The notes below the pieces were generated by a model. That model searched no databases and had not been told where the DNA came from. It was given only the letters and a program-made list of their open reading frames with translations. 64,000 nt of DNA, taken from positions 1-64,000 of the forward strand of contig MCFE01000278.1 of the NCBI GenBank assembly GCA_002104905.1. The letters run 5' to 3'. The position numbers were made by a program, and so were the translations under genes. Shown one piece after another: positions 11,892 through 21,707 of the stretch (the first letter of the stretch is position 1; each line of letters opens with the position of its first letter). The stretch comes from Basidiobolus meristosporus CBS 931.73. Its lineage: Eukaryota; Fungi; Basidiobolomycota.

Positions 11892-13049
11892 GTTGAAGAA
11901 TAGCTGAATATCCCGGTGATTACTTGTGCTGCTATATAATATCGCTTAGCCTAGGATACAAAGTGAATGTGAAGACTACTGCAACATACAATCTTGACAT
12001 AATCCAGTCTTACTAATCTGTAGCACAATCGCTTATCGAGGGAACGTATCTCGATTTATTCATGTATTTAGCAACGACTTTGCAAGTGGGTTTATTTATC
12101 ATCATTCCCCCGCCAAGTGATTTCGTTTATCCGTATACGTCTACTTTCCAATGGCAGAAGTGAGTAGTTCTACCATTGTCAATTTGGGAGTACGATTCGC
12201 CATAGGGGATGGTTTGCTAGTAAAGCTCGACTTTGGTCCCTCTGATCTACACAGTAGCTGCTGATGTTGAGATATTAAGTGCGTAGTTGATCACGTCCTC
12301 GTTGAACTCTCAAATGTCGGCATGGTCTTGGAGTTTTTTAAGGTTTTCTTAGAGCTAAAGGGTTGTTTTTATGCTTGGAGACAAAGAATTACCAAGGCCA
12401 CAGCTCAAACTTTGTATGACTGCAATGTATAGCGCCACCCCTAATCTTGGTTTCTTTCTCATAATTTGAGTAAGCTGCACGCTGACACTTGTATCGCTGG
12501 CCACAGCTAGTTCTATGCCATGTATATAGATTATTACCACAGCACTTTTCATCAGTATCCGCATTCACATCTTTCACGCTTTTCCTAAAAATAGTTGCAG
12601 ACTTTGGCCACTTTGATGAAGATGTCATTAATTACGTTCTTGGATCCGGAGAACGTCTGGTGCGTGTATGTGGCTACTCCAATACCCAGCAGAAGTTTTC
12701 AAGCCCCTACGGAATGACACGTTGTGGTCAGGTAGATGACACTATTGGACAAGAAAATAGTGCTTTCTACATAACTACTGCCTAAGAAGATTGGAAAGTA
12801 GCGGTCTACTAAATGAAAGCATGCTCTGTCACGTGCGCATTTCACATAGTAAGTCATTGTAAAAAATCATACTAGTGTATATTGGTATCAATAACAAGAG
12901 AATCCCAAGAACACAATGCTCATCTTGATCTTCTGTACAAGAGTGTGGCCTTTGTTATAAGCTTTCCCAAAATCACCCTTCTCTTGACTTGTAGAAATGC
13001 TATCCATGTGGCACTTGGCCTCTTTATTTTGAGTCATTAAAATCAAGAC

Positions 13050-13192
13050 TTCACCAGTGGGTGATTGCCACCCCCTAATTCTAAGAAAACATCTAAAAAG
13101 CTATGAGTGGCAAGGTGCAGGTGTCTTGACAGGATCCTGATGGTTTGCTCCAGACTGGATCCGCCCGCAGGACCAAATTAATTTTCATAGGG
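13050..13192 (+). mobile_element. Isolated CACTA terminal fragment
   Basis: GGATCCGCCCGCAGGACCAAATTAATTTTCATAGGG matches the element ends at 21665, 21708 and 43392. Left boundary uncertain. Confidence 0.65.
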
Positions 13193-13952
13193 GAAATCCA
13201 ATTACCACCACTCTGGATCCTCCTTAATTTTGCATTCATGAGATACATGAATAGCTCAGTATCCATTTGATATAATAGACTATAACACGCTAGCACAATG
13301 CCATGTTTAATTTCGGAACAGAGTATTACTTGATAATAAAAGGCATCTCTCTTCCCCTGATCATTCCGGTCGCATCAGTTAGATCCAGGATCTTCAGAAG
13401 TGCTTGAGACCTTCCTGTAGAGGGCACCGGAAGCCATTTGAACTTCACTAATCGAAAACTGATGACTTACACAATGGAAAATGGCACCATGCCCAGCGGC
13501 AATAATCGCATCCATAAAGGCTGCATAGAGCGCGTCTGAGAGGGTACTGGCTGTCCATATTGCAAGCACAAGATCCGAGCATATTGATATCGTGATGGCA
13601 ATCGAAGTACTCCTGAATCCCCGATGAGCACCCCTCAAAATTCAAACTAGTAAGGGGGTTCCAATCGGTTATGTATTACGGTCAGATCCCAAAAAACCAA
13701 CCATAATGTGGGGTTTCAATTCAACCCTTCTATCATATTATGGCTCAGATCGAGATCTGATTGCCGCGGGGGATCATCTCTTGCTTTAGGTAGCCAAAGA
13801 CCTTCTAATAAGGAGGCTCCAATCGACTACATATTATGTGCAATACTTTATTCATAAGTGAAACAGATGATGTTACGACTCAGGTGGATAGCTGCTTGCT
13901 TGCAGCAGGGGATTATCCCTCTTTTCGATAGCCAAAGCCCCAATAATTGCAG

Positions 13953-13959
13953 TATAAAA
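13953..13959 (+). promoter_or_regulatory. Candidate TATA box of the 662-aa ORF
   Basis: TATAAAA about 45 nt upstream of ATG 14002; an AATAAA lies at 16147-16152 downstream of the stop. Confidence 0.45.
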
Positions 13960-14001
13960 GGTTACCTACTTGGATGACACTCAACCAAAATACTATCAGT
14001 A

Positions 14002-15990
14002 ATGCCTATTGGAAGCAAACACATCATAGCGCCGCAATGCGGGGATCAAGAAGATCCCGTTGTGTACGAGGTCGCTGACAACGGACTTCGAGTCGTTAGC
14101 TTCGCGAATTACATGGATGCGCTGCAATACGGAGATACAATGAAGCGTCAAACCCTTGCCTTGTACAAAAACAAGCTGGTTGGTGTGAAGTTCGGTCAGC
14201 TCAATGAGACAGGTGCATGTTCTCCGGTGCTCCATGAATATGATGGATATGGCTCTTCTGTGGACCGGATATCTGATGTTTCTCTGATCAATGGGGTCAG
14301 ACTTGAAGGAAATACTGCAGAGGGAACCCCTAGCTCCGAACTCTCCGGCGAGTTGGGCTTTAGTGAGATCAAGGTCAAATGCCAGTCTTGCGAGAGAATA
14401 CAAGAAGCCAGCTTTATCAGCAAGTGCGAAACAGCCACCGATCTCAACGAGATGTGCGCCAGGACCAACTGGGAGAATGGAAACTTGCATGTGAACCTGA
14501 AGGGATGTCCGTGCGGCAACGAGTCGGATTGGAAGCAAGTAGTTCTTTGCAGCCCAGGATTTTGGAACGTTGCTACTAGTGCGGAAAGACTTCGAGCCAA
14601 AACCAAAGGAGTCAAGAACGCCGTGAGTGCAGTGCTAGGAACGATTACCAAGCAACGCAGTATAGAGACTACATGCGACATAGATCAGATGGTAAACGAG
14701 GCAATCAGATCGCACGTCGGCTGTTGCATCACCCTTGGAGGCAGCCATGTGCCCAAACCCAAGGGCATTCACCCCACAATTACCTATCCTACCAAGCTGA
14801 GAGCAATACCATCGCATAAAGCAGCCATTCTCCGATCGATGGTCAGCAAGTACACAAAATCCGCTGTAGGGCATGAATACCTGTTTGCCAATGATAGTGC
14901 GGATCAAGGGGATCTCGCTATCAATATCAGTCTTGGCTTTGGGGCAAGCTTACGCCACAGTTGGGCAGACCCAAATGAAGTAGGATGGCTGCACTTGCTG
15001 GGAGAAGCTGCCGGCCAACTTGACACACTGATGCGGCTGCAAGATGACGATATGGAGCAGTGTGCAAAAAGCGTTGCCCTGTGGGCCAACGTCAGCATTA
15101 AAACTGGCTGTTTGGGTCCATTGGAATTACGCACACGTGTCAGGGGCTCGTTGTGCTATGATAGCTACCTGGAACGCTACCGGTTGAAGGAGCCGGAATA
15201 TGACGACACTGTGCTAACGTTGGAGGATGCAAGTGGAATCGCAGGAATGGTGGAAAATCAAGTGTTAGGGCGTTACTACGAGAGCATTCATTTGAACATG
15301 GGCGATGTATTCGAGGCCGGTCTCTGCTCTGGTTGCAGATGGGCAAGCCATGTGGTGGCGTTTGCAGCGTTGATTTATCACGATGGAGCAGATCTGATCA
15401 ACGATGTTGGGGGTAGAGAACGTCAGAATATAATCAGATTATGCGCCGACTCTAAAGCATCGACCCTACTTGGGCTTGGCGCCTATGCTGAATGGGTGCT
15501 CCGTGCTGCCCTAACGGAACAGCTGACTGATTGCTCCACTTGTGGAATACGTATCGCCGCCATCGCACGTACAGCTTACGGATGGTACTACAGTGTGGAG
15601 AGATACAGAATGTGGGAGTGTAGCAGCCAGACTGGCATTAGAACTTACACCACAGATGAAATTCAATGTGGGCTAGATATAGTCAAGGGTCTGGGCGTAC
15701 TCACTGGCTATGCTATGGAGAACGTAGCCAACCGACTAGCAAGCTTTGACCATAAGAAGTGCGCATCGAGTCACTGTTGCCAATGCGGTTTGCAATGCTC
15801 CGCTAATGTTAGCAACGACCCCTCTACAGTACTGGAGGATCTACTAGCTGGACAGGACGGGTGTTGCGTCGCATGCCACGCGCTCACCGGTGTTGTGGAA
15901 AGGGCGTCTCATGCGAATGTTGCCTACAGCACGGTAGCTTATGCAGTCGAGAATACTGGTTGTCGGGTGGAATGCGTCCGAGACAATTAG
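14002..15990 (+). CDS. Intronless Cys-rich 662-aa protein; putative non-canonical class I terpene cyclase-like domain in the C-terminal half
   Basis: By far the longest intact non-TE ORF; CpG retained and visibly more GC-rich than its flanks. Motifs: D341 and DDD348-350, H460-DGADLIND-VGGRERQN476, W528-YYSVE-RY-R536, and a C-terminal Cys cluster (CASSHCCQC...CCVAC). Coding status is high confidence; function is inferred from motifs only. Confidence 0.75.
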   Translation: MPIGSKHIIAPQCGDQEDPVVYEVADNGLRVVSFANYMDALQYGDTMKRQTLALYKNKLVGVKFGQLNETGACSPVLHEYDGYGSSVDRISDVSLINGVRLEGNTAEGTPSSELSGELGFSEIKVKCQSCERIQEASFISKCETATDLNEMCARTNWENGNLHVNLKGCPCGNESDWKQVVLCSPGFWNVATSAERLRAKTKGVKNAVSAVLGTITKQRSIETTCDIDQMVNEAIRSHVGCCITLGGSHVPKPKGIHPTITYPTKLRAIPSHKAAILRSMVSKYTKSAVGHEYLFANDSADQGDLAINISLGFGASLRHSWADPNEVGWLHLLGEAAGQLDTLMRLQDDDMEQCAKSVALWANVSIKTGCLGPLELRTRVRGSLCYDSYLERYRLKEPEYDDTVLTLEDASGIAGMVENQVLGRYYESIHLNMGDVFEAGLCSGCRWASHVVAFAALIYHDGADLINDVGGRERQNIIRLCADSKASTLLGLGAYAEWVLRAALTEQLTDCSTCGIRIAAIARTAYGWYYSVERYRMWECSSQTGIRTYTTDEIQCGLDIVKGLGVLTGYAMENVANRLASFDHKKCASSHCCQCGLQCSANVSNDPSTVLEDLLAGQDGCCVACHALTGVVERASHANVAYSTVAYAVENTGCRVECVRDN

Positions 15991-16976
15991 ATTCCGCTCG
16001 GGTATTGCGAAATGCTTATGGAAGGAAAACCAGTGATTGGGCCATTCCATCGAGATCGCGGCCTGCATAATCCACTGTATGATCCTATCCCACATGTTGT
16101 TTCATCCGAGCACCGTTTGTACGTCCATGCTTTTATCTTTAACCCAAATAAACAATGTGGAGGATCTATTGTTCCCCATCCAATGCTTATTTGATTAATT
16201 CCCGAACCAAATGCTCGTAATGTATGGTTGGATAATTACATCTCGATCTAGAAACACCCCTTTTCTAATTGATGATACTTTTCATTATTTAACTACAATA
16301 ATCAAGTATTCAAGCGAGCAATGAATTGCTGATTTAAGGAGCATCTGAAGCTGAATCACGATAGCACCAGGTACCCAGATGCGATTCCTTTTGTTGCTCA
16401 TTGTTTGGGATCTGGCACTAAAAGCTTGATGTGTGTACCAAGATGAATAGCATATACAGACATGGGGCCTATGGGCAAATTGTAGCGAAAACGTGGATTT
16501 GACACCTAAATACTGTATTGGACCCTAATTCTTGGTAATCCCGACTGAGAACACCGGTCAAGTAGTAGTGGTATTCAAGTTCTTGTGACCTTCCTTAACG
16601 TATTCTACTGTTACGACGTGGGTGTAGCTTAGTAGTTGATGGGGATACACAAGATTGACATTCGCATAGGAGCGGCTTGGTTAATTGCGGAATGGAGCTA
16701 ATCCAATGGTGGAGAACAATACCCCGTCAGGAAATGGGGACGATGAACCCAGTATCGATACAATCATAACCATGTTTGGCAACCCACTCATCGAGATCAC
16801 TTGGGAAATCAGAAATTACTCCATATGTTTGCCGGTGAATCAGGGAGACCAGATGATCATAGGCTAAATCGCTATAAGGTAACCCTCGAAATCATCAGCT
16901 TGGCTTTCATATTATATAGCCTGCGGTACTGCATGTTCTCCAGTGATTGCTGATGCCTATTCAGCTGTTGTTAAAG

Positions 16977-17279
16977 ATGCACTTGACTATTGACACTGTG
17001 ATTCTGGGTCGTTCCTCTCTTCAAGCCATCATTGCTCATCATGCACCCGGGAATATGAGAGAGTTCACTCTCGTAGATCATCATGCGGACAACATCTAAA
17101 GGGTTGTACAGAGACGCCTAAGCAATCCCCACTGTCGAGCCGACAAACGGCCAAGCCCCGTTATTGAGACAGGGGTTACTGCTACAAGTCGTCATCATGA
17201 TGGCCGCCGCCACATGTACAAGCGGTCAGCGCACAAGTACATCAAGATCAGGCATGCTAGCGGCAACAGAAGCCGGTGA
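16977..17279 (+). pseudogene. Diverged, frameshifted secreted-family member: B-type N-terminus fused to A-type basic tail
   Basis: MHLTIDTVILGRSSLQAIIA resembles the B1 signal peptide. CTREYERVHSRRSSC and VEPTNGQAPLLRQ match B1 in shifted frames. YKRSAHKYIKIRHASGNR matches the A1 tail. The TTATATAGC and TATTCAGCT upstream motifs are also shared. Not present in the ORF track. Confidence 0.75.
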
Positions 17280-17829
17280 TTGAATGTGTATTATCCTTCA
17301 AACATATTTACCATCCGAAAATACGTGGTCATCTGTGCTATTGTAGCTCCAACGAGCAGTTGTCCTCATTGCTCTACATGTTCACAGCAGCTTGCCATGC
17401 CAGCAGCTACGAGACCTTCCATTTCAAGTACAATACGGTTCGAAGCGGAGGTCGACGTCATTCCTAGGGGTACACCGAGCAGGAGGATGATATGTGCATG
17501 GCTGCATTGTATTTGGATAGCCACCGGTACATTCCTTCGGTGTTCTTGTGCTGGAAAGTGCCATTCTTCACTGCAGAAACTGGTGAAACCTGCCTGATGA
17601 TGTATTTTGGCTCAGGGAGCGTGCGGATTTGGTAACTTATGAGCGCTGCAAATGAACATGATTCGCTCATGATTTCTCAACAAACCGTTTTGTTGATACC
17701 AAATTAGTGACTGCAAGTCAATGACATACAAGCATGATGAGCCTCAGGCAATAGCCGCTGACTGTCTTGTATAAGGCTCAGGAATGGCTTCGGTTGCTAG
17801 TTTAGCCAGTCCAAGATAGTAGGACTATT

Positions 17830-18125
17830 GTCACTATCAATGCTATCTATCAATGCAGTAGTATTAGTCAGCAGATGAATCAGCATTTCCTTATCAGACA
17901 GAAATAGATATACTAAGTAGGGTCTGGTAGGGTGATGATGATGCTATCAAATAACTTATCAGCCACAGCCTACACTATGAAAGTCAACTAGTCAGTACTT
18001 GATCTGGCTAAATGCATATTAAAATCTGCTGGAACCTCAATAAAAATCAGTTCAAGCTTTAATGAATACAATACTAGCTAAACCTCTTATTCCTCTGTGA
18101 CTCTTATGCACTAAGACTTGTAACA
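17830..18125 (+). repeat. LTR remnant of gypsy family G3
   Basis: Reverse complement of the LTRs at 53724, 58253 and 61498; ends GACTTGTAACA. 5' boundary approximate. Confidence 0.7.
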
Positions 18126-18399
18126 AATATCTGCTGAAGAAAGGTGAGCCACCTGAATCATCAGGTAGGGAGTTAGCTTGCAAGCTCATTTACAAGCCAT
18201 CAGCAGGGCCAGGGGTGATCAAGCTGGGTGACCATTTATAATATTCAAAAATATCCTCCTTGGGTGCACAAGCATCTACTTTACTGATCAACAATCTCAT
18301 AACTTATTAATATCCCTTACTCATCCTAGTAAAGTCAATGTCTGTTTAAGTAATGCTGCTAGATTGCCATCCATTACAAACTGCATTTTCTCACAGAAT

Positions 18400-21300
18400 T
18401 TTATATTACAACATCTTGATTAATCAGGTTACTCATGTATCCTACAGGTGTGCACTTCCCTGATAGCTCAGCAATCAAACTGAAATATTACTCAGTTGGC
18501 CACAGTCACACCCTACAAAAATGATTTTGATGATACTGTTAAAATGCCACTCTTCATTCAGTAGTTCCCATATATCCCAGTCTCCTGCCAGCACAGCAAG
18601 GTTTAGCACCTCACCTGCCAGTCTTTGTAATAAATCCTTGCAATATTTCAATGGGTTTTCTGGAGTGCTGCACTTGGAGAAGTGCTGCAACCACTTGGTG
18701 TGTATATTAATATTCCAAAACTTCACTGCAGGCATTGTGTTAGTCTTCTAAGCTCACAACAATATTATATTGTCTGTCAGTGGGATCTCCACTCTGTCTA
18801 CATGGAGGATGTGGTAATATGATTGCTATTCTCTGTAAACTCATCTACCTCACTGGAGTGCAGCTTAACCAGCTGGACTTTCAACTCTTGCAAAGACCAC
18901 TGTTGTTGCGATGGTGAGTCTTGTTGGCTATTATTGAATTCAGCCTGTTCTACGCCATCAGCATTAATTAGTAGAGACTGCAGCTTTTTGTTGATGCCTC
19001 CCTGTCTCTGGCTTATGTAAACCTTGCTCCCTTTACCTTAACTTTTACTTTTATCACTACCAGGTTTTTCACTGCTATTTACTATTAAACTATACTGTAT
19101 TTTCACTAAGTTTAATGTTGCACTGGTGTTGTATCCAAGAGAGAAGTATAAACAAGCACTTGGATGGCTTGACTGAGCCAGAGGGACAACTGGGTGCAGA
19201 ATCTTAGAATTGTTAGAGAGTGCTGGAAGTATTAGCAGAGAGTTTGTGGTCTAATATTGGTCCTCTATAAAGCTGGGTTTGGCTATAAAGGCAATTGATT
19301 TGGTGTGCAACACAGACTAGGCTTGGTGCTCTTTGGAGTGCTAGATGTGCTAGGCCTGGGCAGAAACCATAGCATAATTGTAGAAATCTTAATTTTGCTA
19401 AAAGAAAATCTTGGTTCTGTTGGAGTGTCAGCTCCAAAGTGGCCCAATCAGTGACTCCTCTACTTCAATGCTTTGTGTTCATCTGCAGGTGGGATTTTGA
19501 CTGGGGTGGGAGCCAGACAGTTTAGCCTTATTTTTTGATGGCATATATGTGAAAGTGAGTCCAACTAAAGGGGGAATAATGTTATATATATGTGCATTTG
19601 CGGTGTAACAACTTTATCTTAATGCTCACTACAGCAAGTCAGTATTGAATGTTGTACAGTTTCAAGTAAGACACTACTAAGTAGCTGTCATACAAAACAA
19701 ATATTATTATCTGTGTTGAAGAATCCCTGGTCATCAGCAAGATAGCCAGCTTTTCTGGGCACAATAGATGGTATTGCTGTTGAATGTGTGAGATCCAAGG
19801 GAGTTACTCCATAACTTGCATTCATTATCATTATCCAAACTCCAACACCAACAACATCATCTCCTCACAAAGTGAACATACAGAAGTTAGCATGCAATTG
19901 CAGTAAAGGTGACAAGCTACAAGCCATTGGCCAGTATATGGCATTAATAAGAAACTAGAGATACCTAAGATAGAGAGTATCAGTTGGAGCCAAAGCTTTC
20001 CATTGGGGGCATTGCATTTACTCTTCAATAATATCCCTATAGTGATAACCAAGTTGTTCATGGGACAGTTCATTCTGAATGAGCCCCTCAAGATACAAGA
20101 ATATCTGAATGGATTGGCAGGATAATACAAAGTATCTGCTACCCATCATACTACTCACAGGCTCCAATCAGTATTCATATGTGTATGCAACAATACAAAT
20201 ACAAGGACTGGATAAACTGAATATGTTTTCTTCCAGTGTCCTTATGAAGTCCTATCTACAAAGAGTATATTGGAAGCATTGGGAATCATATGCTGACATA
20301 GTAAGAATACTTATTCAGAGGCAGATCACCAGTTCCAACTTGACACATCTACAGGTTTTATGTAAGGAGTTGGTGTCAGAATTTGACCATCTATAAAATA
20401 AACATACAGCTGAAAGCATAGACCTCTGCTGCAACTGCATTCATTCTATACTCCATCCTGCTTGGTGCATGGAATATATTGGGCTTTACTTTGCCTATTG
20501 GGAGTTTCCTGTGGAGCAGATGTGTGGGGATATAGGAAGAAAAACCAAGTTACAGTTACTGTCATATTGTAATCTCATCAGGAATGTCACCTTTGAGTTG
20601 GCCATGGATGGGATTAGACTGTGCATGGAGGATAGCCAGGAAGTGCTGGAAAATACTGAGGACAGATGTACACATGGAGATACCTATGCCTTTGGCATTA
20701 AAAAGCTAAGCAGCCCTAATGTGCGAGGAATCAGTTGAGTAATGCAAATTTTGACTGGGTGCAACAAGCAACTAATTTGCATTAGGACAACATTACTAAA
20801 GTATGCCAGGTTTCTCTAGGTCACAAGCCAGTTACTACATCATTCAATACAGAATTCATGCAATCAAGAGCCAGAGCACACCTATAATGGGGACTAGTGT
20901 TCAGCGGGCAGCGGGAGCTTATTGGCTAATTACTAAAAGGCTCTTTGCAGATATTCAGGAGGTATTCATGCAAAAGTGGCAACAACCAAACCTATGTTCC
21001 AAGATGCATACATAACCAGCAATTCAAGGTATATGGTATCTGTGCAAGTATCACACTAAAAAGCTATGCGGTTAAGATTATAGAAGTGTGTCAATTGCAG
21101 CAGGTGTACATGCAAGTAGAGGTTAATAAGCAGGAGGCCATAGTTTTTTGATTCATACTATATGTGGAATACCCAAGGTAGTAGTGGGTAAGCAAATAAG
21201 AGGGGTGAGTGTAAAGCAGAATATAACAATAGCACAAGGGGTGGCAGAAAAGAAAAATATCATTTGGGAAATTGGTATGGTAGCATTATACAGAACTAGC

Positions 21301-21665
21301 TGTAGTCCTCCATACTGCTGGTATAATGCTAGTAAAGGCTTGCAATGATGTCAACAGAACACTGTTAAGTTTCTTACCATATAATGCAATTGGATGTATT
21401 TCCCACTTAGGTCTGCTCAAATAAATGCAGAGCACATTATGATTGTTGGCATGCCATACTATTCTTACCAAAAGGCTGCTCAGGCATTATCAAGATTTGT
21501 AATTTATTTGGCAGTAGAATCAGCAGAATGCCATTAAAATCCCATCATAAGATCATGTGGAGGGCCAATAGTTCAAAGCAACTAGCATTTTGATGGAATC
21601 ACTGAGGATCCTAACAGCTGATCCAAACTAGATCCACCTGCTGGACTTAGTTATCCTTCATTGGG
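18400..21665 (+). mobile_element. Deleted CACTA/EnSpm copy (ORF2 remnant on -, transposase remnant on +)
   Basis: Transposase motifs WEFPVEQMCG.IG and YCNLIRN; right terminus ...ATCCACCTGCTGGAC..TTAT..TTCATTGGG at 21665. Left boundary approximate. Confidence 0.75.
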
Positions 21666-21707
21666 TATGTTCTTCATATGCTTCCTCATACCCTGTCAGA
21701 TCATAGG

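Noticed and set aside
12130-12790. Exon-like segments, including look-alike peptides FNEDVINYAL (-) and FDEDVINYVL (+), and a kinase-like LKIVADFG
   Set aside because: No consistent spliced model on either strand; the similarity may be chance.
13471-13631. Rab-like fragments on minus strand (VLIGDSGV, IW-TA, degenerate YYRGAHG)
   Set aside because: The motifs lie in different frames, GKS is missing and the spacing is about half that of a GTPase. It could be an old pseudogene but is not supportable without a search.
13996-14907. Antisense and alternative-frame ORFs (180, 161, 90 aa) overlapping the 662-aa gene
   Set aside because: Shadow ORFs of a GC-richer coding region; no independent motifs.
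16500-16900. Minus-strand frame resembling a methyltransferase C-terminus (EWVAKHGYDCIDTGFIVPI)
   Set aside because: No SAM-binding motif and interrupted by stops; resemblance too weak.
17280-17670. Possible decayed paralog of the 662-aa gene (CSTC, CQSC matches nearby)
   Set aside because: Only CxxC tetrapeptides match, and spacing and order are inconsistent.
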